Assembly (NCBI GenBank): GCA_965203175.1 | Contig: OZ241867.1 | Span: 1,344,001 to 1,408,000 of the forward strand | Source of the DNA: Candidatus Latescibacterota bacterium | Lineage (GTDB): Bacteria > Latescibacterota > UBA2968 > UBA8231 | Length of the DNA: 64,000 nt | Direction: 5' to 3' | In this document: piece after piece, positions 39,978 through 49,579 of the stretch | How the letters are laid out: each line of letters opens with the position of its first letter | Position numbering within the stretch: the stretch's first letter is position 1 | Translations under genes and position numbers: made by a program | Notes under the pieces: generated by a model | The model's input: the letters and a program-made list of their open reading frames with translations, nothing else | Told to the model about the DNA's origin: nothing | Database searches by the model: none

Positions 39978-40733
39978 TTATTCGGCGCCGCGCGCCAGTT
40001 CGTTGCCAACGAGGTATTGATAGCTTTTTTCCACAGCTTCCATCATGTCGGTCGCACAGCGGTCCAACTCGACGATCAGCCAGTCGCAGGTGCCGTGGCT
40101 GGCCTCGATAATAGGCGGGAAATCCATGGCCCCTTCGCCGACGGCGAGCATGTCCTGCTCAGGATCGCACGGGCCGTCCTTGATGTGCAAAAGCGGCGCT
40201 CGCTCGCCTAACTCCTCGACGACATGCACCGAATCGCCGCCGCCGGTATTGACCCAGTAGGTATCGACCTGAAAGAAAATGGACTCGTCGAGCTCGTCGA
40301 TTAGATGCTCAAAACCCGGACGCCCTTCCACTTCTTGGAACTCCCACCAGTGGTTGTGGAGGCCTAGCTCCAACCCGTTCTCGATGGCAATCTCGGCGGC
40401 TTGGTTCCAGCTATCGCAAAGCTCCTTGAGCGCGTCTGCGCTCGCGAAGGCATCGCGCGGCGTGGAGCTCACCACGCGGGTGGCTTCCAGCTCGTAGGCT
40501 AGTTCGATGACTTGGTTTTTTTGCTTGCCCAAGGGTAGCTGCGTATGCACGCTGCATACGTCTAACCCAAGATCGGCAAATAGGTCGCTGGCTTCATCTA
40601 CTCCGATGCCGGGGAATCCAGCCGTTTCGACTCCCACGTACCCTATCTCGGCAATCCGGGTGACCACGGACTTGAAGTTGCGAGCGAGGGCGTCGCGGAC
40701 CGTGTAGAGTTGAAGCGCTATGGGGGCAGCCAT
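39978..40733 (-). CDS. Sugar phosphate isomerase/epimerase (xylose isomerase-like TIM barrel)
   Basis: LQLYTVR, LHNHWWEF, DTYW, HIKDG, IVELD. Confidence 0.88.
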   Translation of the reverse strand: MAAPIALQLYTVRDALARNFKSVVTRIAEIGYVGVETAGFPGIGVDEASDLFADLGLDVCSVHTQLPLGKQKNQVIELAYELEATRVVSSTPRDAFASADALKELCDSWNQAAEIAIENGLELGLHNHWWEFQEVEGRPGFEHLIDELDESIFFQVDTYWVNTGGGDSVHVVEELGERAPLLHIKDGPCDPEQDMLAVGEGAMDFPPIIEASHGTCDWLIVELDRCATDMMEAVEKSYQYLVGNELARGAE

Positions 40734-40962
40734 TTCTTCCTTCCTTGTGGGTGAGATATAATAGGGATATGAAAGTTAAAGCGATAGTTAAGCGGGCGGG
40801 CGAATGGTCAGGCGTCAATAGTCGATAGGGGACTCGTGTGTAACGTCAGATAATTAAAGAAAAAAAATAAGCCGGTAGGCAAATTAATTTGTAATGACAC
40901 TGCACTTGCTGCGCCGCTCACTCGCTCCTACATTAGCCGCTCCAACCAAGGAGCAATTGCCA

Positions 40963-42036
40963 ATGAGCACCCAAAACAAAGCGCGCCTCGGGTTTATCGG
41001 CGCTGGCTGGTGGGCCACCAGCAACCACATGCCCGTTTTTGCCACCCGCGACGACGTCGAGTTGACGGCCGTGTGCCGCTTGGGCCAAGCCGAGCTAGAG
41101 CAGGTGCGGGATCACTTCGGATTCGCGTTTGCCACCGAGGACTACCGAGAGTTATTGGCCGACTGCGAACTCGACGGAATCGTCGTGGCCTCGCCACACC
41201 CCCTGCACTACGAACACGCCCGCGCCGCCTTGGAGGCGGGCCTGCACGTGATGTGCGAAAAACCCCTGACCACCCGCGCTGCCCACGCGCGCGAATTGGT
41301 GCGCCTCGCCGCGGAGCGAGACCGCCACTTGCTCGTGCCCTACGGCTGGCACCACAAGCCTTTTATCCAGCGGGCCAAGGCGCTGATGGACGAACAAGCT
41401 ATCGGCGAGGTCGAGTTCGCGCTCTGCCACATGGCCTCGCCGATCCGCGCCCTGCTGTCGGGGGAGGAGGTGGATGTGTCCGACATTTCTGGGCAGGACA
41501 GTGCTAGCCTTTTCGGCCCCACGCCGTCTACGTGGGCCGATCCCGCCATTGCCGAAGGCGGCTACGCCCACGCGCAAATATCGCACTCCTCGGGGCTGCT
41601 GTTTTGGCTGTCCGGGCTGCGCGCCGAGCGCGTCTTTGCCGCCATGAGCGCGCCCGGGTCCGAGGTTGAGCTGTACGACGCGCTGACGGTGCGCTTTACC
41701 TCGGGGGCCGTGGGCACGGTCAGTGGTGCAGGCACCGTGCCCACAGATCAGACCTTTCAGGTCGATGTGCGCCTGTTTGGCTCGGAGGGTATGCTGCTAG
41801 TCGATTGCGAGCGCGCCCGCATGCACCTGCGCCGCCACGACGGTCAACACGTCGTCGAGGAGGTGGCCGAGGACGCGGGGGCCTACGAGTGCGATGGTCC
41901 GCCGAACAACTTTGCCGACTTGATCTTGGGCAAAACCGACGTCAACTGGACCCCGGGCGAAGCGGCCATGCGCGGGGTGGAAATGCTCGACGCAGCGTAC
42001 CGCTCGGCCGCTTCGGGCCGTGAAGAGCAGGTGTAA
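40963..42036 (+). CDS. Gfo/Idh/MocA family oxidoreductase
   Basis: AAGGAG RBS; GFIGAGWW, SPHPLHYE, HVMCEKP. Confidence 0.9.
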   Translation: MSTQNKARLGFIGAGWWATSNHMPVFATRDDVELTAVCRLGQAELEQVRDHFGFAFATEDYRELLADCELDGIVVASPHPLHYEHARAALEAGLHVMCEKPLTTRAAHARELVRLAAERDRHLLVPYGWHHKPFIQRAKALMDEQAIGEVEFALCHMASPIRALLSGEEVDVSDISGQDSASLFGPTPSTWADPAIAEGGYAHAQISHSSGLLFWLSGLRAERVFAAMSAPGSEVELYDALTVRFTSGAVGTVSGAGTVPTDQTFQVDVRLFGSEGMLLVDCERARMHLRRHDGQHVVEEVAEDAGAYECDGPPNNFADLILGKTDVNWTPGEAAMRGVEMLDAAYRSAASGREEQV

Positions 42037-42060
42037 CATCGGCCCTGTCCGCTTGCGGTA

Positions 42061-42963
42061 ATGGCCTTTCTGCTCGACGTCATTGCCCCGATTTTCCTGC
42101 TCATCGGCTGTGGCTATCTGTTGGGGCGGCGGCGCTCTGTTGACCCCGCCCCCTTGGCCGATGTGGCCATATACATCTGCCTGCCCTTCTTGCTGTTTTC
42201 GGCACTGGTGCGCCACCCGGTTACCGGCGCGGCGGCCGCTCAAACCTTCGCTTGGCAAGTTGGGATGTACGTGGTCAGCATGCCCATCATTGCGCTCGTT
42301 GCGCGTCTCGCTGGCTGGGACAAACCCACTCGCAGCGCAGTTGCCCTCTCCCTCCCCACGGTCAACATCGCCTCGTATGGCGTCCCTGTAGTGCTCTTCG
42401 CCTTTGGTGATGAGGCCCTGGCGATCGTCATGCTGCTCTTTGTGTACGGCAATGTTACGGCCGCGTCGCTCGGCACGTACATCGCCGCTGGCGGGCGGCA
42501 AAGTCCGCTGCAAGCGTTCAAGAGCATTTTCAGGTTGCCGCTGATTTACACCGCGGTCTTGGCCTTGGCCGTCAATGCCCTCGCCGTACCGATCCCGGCC
42601 TCTGTCCTCGACGCGGCCGATCTGATCGGCAAAGCCGGCCCGATCCTCGCGATCATCCTCCTCGGAGTCCAAGTCTCGCACATCCCCATCCGCGGCCGCA
42701 ATTCAGCCGCCCTGTACGGCGGCATTGGCGCCAAGGTCCTGTTGGGGCCAGCGATTGGCATCGGCCTGACGCTGCTCATCGGCGCGCAGGGCGCGGTGCG
42801 CGACGTGCTGTTGCTGTGCTCTTGCCTGCCTACGGCCATCAGCGCCCTCATCCTCACGGTGCGCTTTGACGCGCGTCCCGATCTGCTCGGCGGCATTCTC
42901 ATTGGCTCGACTTTGTGGAGCCCGCTTGGGCTGTCGATTCTGCTCTATTGGATCGGCCCTTAG
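42061..42963 (+). CDS. AEC (auxin efflux carrier) family transporter
   Basis: Multi-TM; IAPIFLLI..GY, N...YGVPV, LPTA. Confidence 0.85.
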   Translation: MAFLLDVIAPIFLLIGCGYLLGRRRSVDPAPLADVAIYICLPFLLFSALVRHPVTGAAAAQTFAWQVGMYVVSMPIIALVARLAGWDKPTRSAVALSLPTVNIASYGVPVVLFAFGDEALAIVMLLFVYGNVTAASLGTYIAAGGRQSPLQAFKSIFRLPLIYTAVLALAVNALAVPIPASVLDAADLIGKAGPILAIILLGVQVSHIPIRGRNSAALYGGIGAKVLLGPAIGIGLTLLIGAQGAVRDVLLLCSCLPTAISALILTVRFDARPDLLGGILIGSTLWSPLGLSILLYWIGP

Positions 42964-43107
42964 CCTGAGATTGATGTAGCCTCATTTCGCGTTTTCTAAA
43001 AATTTTCACATCCCCTTGACACTGTTTTACGCCCCCTCGTAACTAGAGCTTATAGGGCAAACGACAGACTCCACGACGCTTTCAAAAGCGCCCACAGGAG
43101 AATGAAA

Positions 43108-43257
43108 ATGATAGGTGTACATCGCTTCGACATGCGCGGGACGCTGCGCATAGACGCCGGGGAAAATCTATATGGTGGGTGCACCTATCTAGCTGCCGAT
43201 GTGCAGCTCGAAAACACCCTATTCGCGCCGAGAGGAAGGGGCTGTGTCCCCGACTGA
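43108..43257 (+). CDS. Possible small (49 aa) protein
   Basis: AGGAG 7 nt before the ATG; followed by a terminator. No recognisable motif. Confidence 0.3.
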   Translation: MIGVHRFDMRGTLRIDAGENLYGGCTYLAADVQLENTLFAPRGRGCVPD

Positions 43258-43287
43258 AGCTCGCCTTTGCGAGAAGCTCAACGTGGC

Positions 43288-43332
43288 AAGAGGCCGTGGC
43301 GCGAAAAACAACGCGCTGCGGCCTCTTTTTTT
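43288..43332 (+). terminator. Intrinsic terminator
   Basis: AAGAGGCCGTGGCGCG / CGCGCTGCGGCCTCTT stem followed by a T-run. Confidence 0.8.
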
Positions 43333-43411
43333 GTGAAAAATGCTTGACATTGTATCAGGTTTATACTGAACTTTTGTTCAGGTAAAAAGAGTAATAAACG
43401 GAACCGTAAAA

Positions 43412-43729
43412 ATGAAAACCAACGAGAAAACACGACACTTCAACACCGCCCACGGCGGTGCCAAGATGCGCGTTGTGACCAGGGCCGGCCGGGTCATCGA
43501 CGCGCGACCGCGCTTCGCCGCTTTGCGGCGCGGCTTAGACAGCGGGGCGTTGCCGCCCACCCCGGGCGGACGGCAGCGGGTCTGCGCGACATTCACCAAG
43601 CCAACCAAGGACCTCATCGCAAGGAGCAACCACACTATGCGACGCGAGATCATCAACCAAGGACTGATGTACGTACTCATCAGCCTCTTTGTATTCGCGA
43701 TGATGCCGCTCCTGCGCTTCCTAAGCTAA
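43412..43729 (+). CDS. Hypothetical basic protein with C-terminal TM
   Basis: C-terminal GLMYVLISLFVFAMMPLL. Confidence 0.45.
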   Translation: MKTNEKTRHFNTAHGGAKMRVVTRAGRVIDARPRFAALRRGLDSGALPPTPGGRQRVCATFTKPTKDLIARSNHTMRREIINQGLMYVLISLFVFAMMPLLRFLS

Positions 43730-43833
43730 TGGCTCTTTGACGCGCAGCGGCATTGCGAAACGGCCTGGGGCAGCGGCGGCGACCGCTGCCCCAGGGATAT
43801 CAACCCCCTCGACTTTAGGACACAGAAAACAAC

Positions 43834-46341
43834 ATGCAAAGCTACAAGACAAATAACATGCAAAACCGCAAGACAAACGTGTGCTATCGGCTGCTCAACT
43901 GGCTGTATTGCTTGGCATCGGTGGCCTGTGCAGTCCTCGGCCCTCGCGGTCTGCACGCTCACCAAGCGCCCGACCGCGCGCTCGACGCCGTGCGTATAGA
44001 GGGCACCGGCCCGCAGATCGACGGCGTGCTCGACGACTCGGTGTGGCAGCAGGCCCCGATTTTTACGGGTTTTGTCCAGCGCGAGCCAGAGGAAGGGCAG
44101 CCGGCGAGCGAAAAGACCACCGTACAGTTGGCGTACGACGACGAGGCGCTCTACGTGGGGATCACGGCCTACGATTCGGCTCCCGAGCAGATCGTCTCGC
44201 GCTTGGTGCGCCGCGACCAGTGGACCGAAGCCGATTGGATCCAAGTTAGCTTAGACACGCATCACGACCACCAGACAGGCTATGCCTTTGCGGTGTATGC
44301 TGGTGGATCGATCTACGACGCTGTAATCAAGGATTATGGTTGGGACAACGACACCTGGAACGGCGTGTGGGAATCCGCGCATACTATCGGTGCAGAGGGA
44401 TGGAGCGTGGAGTTTGCCATCCCGTTCCACAACCTCCGCTTTAGCAGCGGCGGGGACTGGGGTATCAACATCGCCCGCTACATCAGCCGCAAGAAGGAAC
44501 AGGCCTTCTGGGTCATGGTTCCGCGCAAGGAAAGCGGCTCGGTCTCGCGCTTTGCCCACCTAGAGGGCTTAGCGGACATCGAATCTACGCGTGCGCTGGA
44601 GCTTTTGCCCTATTCGGTGGGCCGCTCCACTGTGGCGGATGCGCGCGAATTATTCGGCAGTGCTGGCGCAGACTTGCGCTACGGACTGTCGTCGAATATT
44701 TCGCTCAACGCCACGATTAACCCGGATTTTGGCCAAGTGGAGGCCGACCCGGCCGAGCTCAACCTCTCGGTCTTTGAGACGTTCCAGGATGAGCGCCGCC
44801 CCTTCTTCGTGGAGGATGGCGAGGCGTTCGACACGCCAATCGACCTGTTCTACTCGCGGCGCATCGGCCGCCAGCCCGGCTATCACTCGCTGCCCGACGG
44901 CTACGACGCCCTCAACGAGAGTGAGTCCACCACCATTCTGGGCGCAGCCAAGCTGACGGGCAAGACCGCATCCAAGACCACTTTTGGCCTGCTGACGGCG
45001 CTTACCGCCAAAGAGTACGCGCGCGTTGAAACGATTCACTCGCCGCCTTCAGGCGGTGCGACGACCATGGTGCGCGAGGTGTCCGGCGAGGAGTACCAAG
45101 AGCGCAGCGACTTTCTCGTCGAGCCGCGCACCCACTTTCTCGTCGGCCGCGTCAAGCAGGATCTATTTGCTGGCAACTCGCACGTCGGCCTCTTGGGCAC
45201 GGCCGTGCAGCGCGACCGGGCTCGGAATGCCTATACCGGCGGCGTGGATTGGACTCTCAAGTGGCGCGACAACGGATACACCTTTTGGGGCCAGCTCGCC
45301 GGCAGCCGCGCCACAGTGGAGGACCAGCGCCGCAGCGGTTTGGGCAATATGGCGGTTTTGAGTAAGAACAGCGGCTGGTTGCGCGGCGAGCTTTGGTGGG
45401 AGGCCTATTCACGGCATTTCGAGATCGACGACTTGGGCTTCCAATGGCGCAGCGACTTCTACAACCCTTGGCTCTGGATCCAACTGCGTAAGGAAGAGGA
45501 CTGGGCCATCTTTCGCCGCAATTTCTACAACTTCAACCGCTGGGGCACGTGGAACTTCGACCGCACCAATCTGCAAAACGGCTTTGACTTCAACACCCAC
45601 CACCAGCTCAAAAACTACTGGTGGATCCACTTCGACTACTACCACATGTGGCGGGCCTTCGACGATCTCGACACCCGCGGCGGCCCCCTAATTGTGAGGC
45701 CGGCAAGCGATGGCTTTGAGATTGAACTGGAAAGCGACGATCGCTTTATGGTCAGCGGCTGGGTCGAGTACGAGTGGGACGGCAACTCGGCTGGTAGCTC
45801 CCACCGCGAGGTCTCCGGCAGCATCCGCATCCGGCCGACCTCGCGGTTCGAGATCAGTCTCCGGCCGCGCTATAGTTGGGGTTTCAACGATGCTCAATGG
45901 GTCGAAAACTTCGATGCGAACGCCGACGGAGAAGACGATCAATTCGTGTATGGGGAGTTAGACAGCCAAACCCTCGATCTGACGACGCGGGCCAACATCC
46001 TCTTCAGCCGCGACTTGAGTTTGGAGCTCTATGTCCAGCCTTTTATTAGCGCGGGCCAGTACTCCAACTTCAAGGAGCTGGCCCAGCCGCGCTCCTACTC
46101 GTTTGTCGCGCATCCCGGCCCAGAGGAAAGCCCTGATTTTCGCAACCGCTCGCTGCACAGCAACGCCGTCCTGCGCTGGGAGTACAAACCGGGCAGCACC
46201 CTTTTCGTCGTCTGGTCGCAGTTCCGCCACGACGACTCCGACTTGGGCGCGTTTCGCCCCGGGTACAACCTGCGGCACAGCTTTGTGGACGAGGGAACCA
46301 ACATCTTCTTGGTGAAGCTCAACTATTGGTTGAACATTTAG
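43834..46341 (+). CDS. CBM9-like + DUF5916 outer-membrane protein
   Basis: PQIDGVLDD..W, WSVEFAIPF, NPDFGQVEAD, ERRPFFVE, FYSRRIG; aromatic barrel-like C-terminus VKLNYWL. Confidence 0.85.
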   Translation: MQSYKTNNMQNRKTNVCYRLLNWLYCLASVACAVLGPRGLHAHQAPDRALDAVRIEGTGPQIDGVLDDSVWQQAPIFTGFVQREPEEGQPASEKTTVQLAYDDEALYVGITAYDSAPEQIVSRLVRRDQWTEADWIQVSLDTHHDHQTGYAFAVYAGGSIYDAVIKDYGWDNDTWNGVWESAHTIGAEGWSVEFAIPFHNLRFSSGGDWGINIARYISRKKEQAFWVMVPRKESGSVSRFAHLEGLADIESTRALELLPYSVGRSTVADARELFGSAGADLRYGLSSNISLNATINPDFGQVEADPAELNLSVFETFQDERRPFFVEDGEAFDTPIDLFYSRRIGRQPGYHSLPDGYDALNESESTTILGAAKLTGKTASKTTFGLLTALTAKEYARVETIHSPPSGGATTMVREVSGEEYQERSDFLVEPRTHFLVGRVKQDLFAGNSHVGLLGTAVQRDRARNAYTGGVDWTLKWRDNGYTFWGQLAGSRATVEDQRRSGLGNMAVLSKNSGWLRGELWWEAYSRHFEIDDLGFQWRSDFYNPWLWIQLRKEEDWAIFRRNFYNFNRWGTWNFDRTNLQNGFDFNTHHQLKNYWWIHFDYYHMWRAFDDLDTRGGPLIVRPASDGFEIELESDDRFMVSGWVEYEWDGNSAGSSHREVSGSIRIRPTSRFEISLRPRYSWGFNDAQWVENFDANADGEDDQFVYGELDSQTLDLTTRANILFSRDLSLELYVQPFISAGQYSNFKELAQPRSYSFVAHPGPEESPDFRNRSLHSNAVLRWEYKPGSTLFVVWSQFRHDDSDLGAFRPGYNLRHSFVDEGTNIFLVKLNYWLNI

Positions 46342-46376
46342 GGCGCAGGATGTGCATACCGCTGACATCTGGTGCT

Positions 46377-46455
46377 TGTCATGCTGAGGGAGCCGATGGG
46401 CGGACGAAGCATCTTTTACCTAGGTAGGAGATGCTTCGCTCCGCTCAGCATGACA
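46377..46455. repeat. TGTCAT-type REP-like palindromic element between convergent genes
   Basis: TGTCATGCTGAG...CGAAGCATCT...AGATGCTTCG...CTCAGCATGACA. Confidence 0.8.
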
Positions 46456-46459
46456 GAGC

Positions 46460-47488
46460 CTATTCTTCCAAGAAGCTCCACAGCGCGTCGAAGCGCGCTC
46501 CTTCAATCGGCTCTCGCAGCACCGAGTTGACGCCTCTTTCCGCCATGTAGTGTGGTGTAAACGACAGCCCCTTTTGCAACGCCGTGCGCTCCAGTCCCAT
46601 TTGCTTGGGCCGCCAGCGCACCTGACAGCGGTCCAGCCGCTTTGCCAACCCCGCCGTATCCCCCGCGCAGCACCAAGTGATGATCATCGCCCCCAAAGCC
46701 ACTAGCTCGCCGTGGATCCAGGTCCGTCGGTTGGCCGTCTCCAATGCGATCCAGAACGGATGGTCGCCGCTTTCCGTAGGGGCGTTTAGCTGCTGGCTAT
46801 CGCGCTCCTTAATCCGCTGCGCGATGTTGGCCGCGCTCGCCTCGGTCATGCGCCCGTTGGAATCCAACGTTGCGGCAAAAGAACTGGCGATTGATTCGTG
46901 ATGGGTCACCTGCTGTGCCGCCAGCGCCAGGTCGAACGCTGCCCCTTGTCCCAACGCCGCCCGCCGCTGCCACTCCTCTAACCCGGCATGGCCGCAGAGG
47001 ATGTCGCCTAGCCCAGCGGTGTGCAAGTAATCTGGTGCCTTGAGGACCACATCGACATCCACGAGCACGTATTGGCAATCCACCCACGGCCAGTCGTCCA
47101 AATCGCCCACGGTCTGATAGCCGTCCCACCGCGCCACGTGGCTGTGGATGATCGCCCCGGAAGAGAGAATTGTCGGTGCCAAGATCAGTTCGGCGTCCTT
47201 GTCCAAGGCCACGAACTTAGAAGCATCTAGGGCCTTGCCGCCGCCTAGACCGATGACCAACTCGATCCCGGCTGGCAGCTGGTCGCTGAGATCCTGCTGA
47301 TGCGCCGAGTCCAGCCACTCGGCAAAAACTACGCCCTCTGGCTCGCGCCCAAGGTATTCTTGGGCGGCTGCGTACGCGCTGGGTGTGGTGACAATCGCAT
47401 ATGCTGGCCAACGGACGCTTTCTCGTTGCAACAAGCCACGGGCGACGCGCATGTCGTATTCAGCAGCCGGTTTGCACTGGCGGCCCAT
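46460..47488 (-). CDS. Glycerol-1-phosphate dehydrogenase-like / iron-containing ADH family protein (start uncertain)
   Basis: IGLGGGKALDASKF, PTILSSG, AGLGD, SGDH, HGELVALG. Confidence 0.75.
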   Translation of the reverse strand: MGRQCKPAAEYDMRVARGLLQRESVRWPAYAIVTTPSAYAAAQEYLGREPEGVVFAEWLDSAHQQDLSDQLPAGIELVIGLGGGKALDASKFVALDKDAELILAPTILSSGAIIHSHVARWDGYQTVGDLDDWPWVDCQYVLVDVDVVLKAPDYLHTAGLGDILCGHAGLEEWQRRAALGQGAAFDLALAAQQVTHHESIASSFAATLDSNGRMTEASAANIAQRIKERDSQQLNAPTESGDHPFWIALETANRRTWIHGELVALGAMIITWCCAGDTAGLAKRLDRCQVRWRPKQMGLERTALQKGLSFTPHYMAERGVNSVLREPIEGARFDALWSFLEE

Positions 47489-47627
47489 GGACCAGCCTCG
47501 ATTGGTTTTAGGCATCTGCTCTCTTTCCCGTCTAGGCAAAGCAAACTATTGCGTCTGTTATTGTGATTGCACAACAATATACAAGTCCTTTTTTCGCTGC
47601 CAACGCATCTTTCCGAGTGCAAAACCT

Positions 47628-48542
47628 ATGTCCACTGCCCACATCGCCCGCGCGCTCTCCGCAATGGACGAGCCTTTTGTACGCTACAAGATCCGCCTCA
47701 ATGTCTCGGCTCGCCCGCCCAGCGAGCGCGAGATTCGCATTCTCCGCGACGAGATCCGCGAATCGGTTTTGGTCCGTACTCTGTTGGCCGAGTTGGATGC
47801 TACAGGCCGCATTCCCCTCCCGCCGATTCACCGCTGGCGCGGTGCCCATTGGGTGCTCTACATGCTGGCCGACCTAGGCTCTGCGTCTGGTGACCGGAGC
47901 CTCTGGGCCTTGCGCGATCAAGCGTGCGAGTGGCTTTTGGACCCCGACCGCCCCGAGCCCATCTGCGGCGCAATTGAGGGCAACGCGCTGTACTATTTGC
48001 TTTTCCTCGAGATCGACAATGGCCGCGCCGACGCCTTGGCCCAGCGCCTCGTGGGCAGTTTGCCCAAGGCGTTGGGCCGCAGTCCCGCTGCCTTCGGCCA
48101 AGCGCTCACCGCCCTGCGCGGCCTCGCCCTGCATGCTCGCCTCTGCGCCGACAAAGCCTCTGGCGAGGCCGCCGATCGGCTCACCGAGCACTTGCTCGCC
48201 CACCGCCTCTACCAAAAGCCCGATGGCAACCCCTTGAGCGCGGACGGTGCCTCGTTGCACTACCCCTGCTACGAGCACTGCGACTTTCTCTTTGCTCTCA
48301 AGGTCATGGTCGAAGCCGGCCATCTGGCCGATGCGCGCTGCCGCGATGCGCTCGATCTGCTCAAGTCGAAGCAACTCGCCGATGGCGCGTTCCCGGCCGA
48401 GCGCAAACACTACCGAGTCGGGCGCGTCGGCAAGGGCGACGATTCGCTCGTCGATTGGGGCCGTCCCAACCGCAGCCGGCCCAACCTCCACGTCACCTGC
48501 GATGCGCTCGGCGTGCTCCACGCTGCGGGCGAGCGGTTTTGA
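47628..48542 (+). CDS. Hypothetical protein, prenyltransferase/alpha-alpha-toroid-like
   Basis: WRGAHWVL, EGNAL, DALDLLKSKQLADG.F, LVDWG, NLHVT.DAL.VL; start chosen at MSTAHI. Confidence 0.6.
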   Translation: MSTAHIARALSAMDEPFVRYKIRLNVSARPPSEREIRILRDEIRESVLVRTLLAELDATGRIPLPPIHRWRGAHWVLYMLADLGSASGDRSLWALRDQACEWLLDPDRPEPICGAIEGNALYYLLFLEIDNGRADALAQRLVGSLPKALGRSPAAFGQALTALRGLALHARLCADKASGEAADRLTEHLLAHRLYQKPDGNPLSADGASLHYPCYEHCDFLFALKVMVEAGHLADARCRDALDLLKSKQLADGAFPAERKHYRVGRVGKGDDSLVDWGRPNRSRPNLHVTCDALGVLHAAGERF

Positions 48543-48602
48543 GTGCCAACTCAAAATGTCGATATTGTGCCATATCACTCCCCGCTTCACAGGTTTGCTG
48601 CC

Positions 48603-49559
48603 ATGCGCTCTCTACTGTTGTTCTTCGCCCTCGTTTTTGCGGGCTGCTATGCGGCCTCGCTCGCGCCCGATCCCTTGGGCCACTTTGCCGCGCGCACCGA
48701 CCACCTCCACCGCCTAGAGCCGCTCGGCGAGCGCATCTTGCACGGAGCTGCGCTCAGCTATGGGCCGCTCGACCACGAAGAACGCACGCGTCCGCTTTTC
48801 TATGCCGTGTACTACGAGCTCCACGATCTGCCCTACGACTGGCATTTGGCGTTGCTCGCGAATCTGGACCAGCACGTAGGGTACGGCCTACCCCAAATTG
48901 ACCTTGGTTTCAACTCCGCCGGCCAACCCTACGAGGCGGCCATTGCCGATGGTCAGCTCGACGAGGCGATTGAGCAGCTCTGCTGGGGGTTGCAGCAGCT
49001 AGAGCGCCCGGTTTTGCTGCGGTTAGGCTATGCGTTCAATAGCTCTTGGCGCGCCTATGACGCGACGAGTTACACCGAGGCTTGGCGACGGATAGCGCAA
49101 ACGCTGCGGGGCCGCTGGGGTTTGGACCACGTGGCGCTGGTATGGACGCAGAAGGAAGACGGCGGTCCCGATTACTTGGCCTACTATCCGGGGGATGAGT
49201 ACGTCGATTGGTGGTCGATTGACGTGGCTGCGCCGCAAGATCTGCGCCGCAGCCGCGCCTTTATCGAGGCGGCGCAGGAGCGCGGCTACCCCGTGCTGGT
49301 TGGCGTGGTCACGCCGGTTACTACCGATCTGAGCCAGGCCGAGCAGGCGTGGCCCCATTGGTTCATCCCCTTCCTCCGCTTCTTGCGCCACCATCCCAAC
49401 ATCAAGGCATTTACTTATATAGATTGGGACTGGTCGCAGGCGGAGCGCTTTGTCGATCCCATACTCTTCGCGCGCTATCGCAGCGAGCTGATGAATCCGA
49501 TTTACCTACACGCGGCCTCGCCCGGCGAGTTGCGCTGGAACCTAAACCTCGATCCCTAG
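48603..49559 (+). CDS. GH26-like lipoprotein, catalytic Glu residues apparently substituted
   Basis: Lipobox FAGC; PVLLRLGYAFN, YYPGDEYVDWW, PVLVGV, IKAFTYIDWDW. Confidence 0.7.
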   Translation: MRSLLLFFALVFAGCYAASLAPDPLGHFAARTDHLHRLEPLGERILHGAALSYGPLDHEERTRPLFYAVYYELHDLPYDWHLALLANLDQHVGYGLPQIDLGFNSAGQPYEAAIADGQLDEAIEQLCWGLQQLERPVLLRLGYAFNSSWRAYDATSYTEAWRRIAQTLRGRWGLDHVALVWTQKEDGGPDYLAYYPGDEYVDWWSIDVAAPQDLRRSRAFIEAAQERGYPVLVGVVTPVTTDLSQAEQAWPHWFIPFLRFLRHHPNIKAFTYIDWDWSQAERFVDPILFARYRSELMNPIYLHAASPGELRWNLNLDP

Positions 49560-49579
49560 CTAGAGAAAGGATGTAGCAG

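Noticed and set aside
43050-43100. c-di-GMP-I riboswitch suggested by GGGCAAAC
   Set aside because: The GNRA-capped P2 stem and the following conserved elements are not present.
43344-43367. Sigma70 promoter TTGACA...TATACT
   Set aside because: The spacer is only 12 nt, too short for a canonical promoter.
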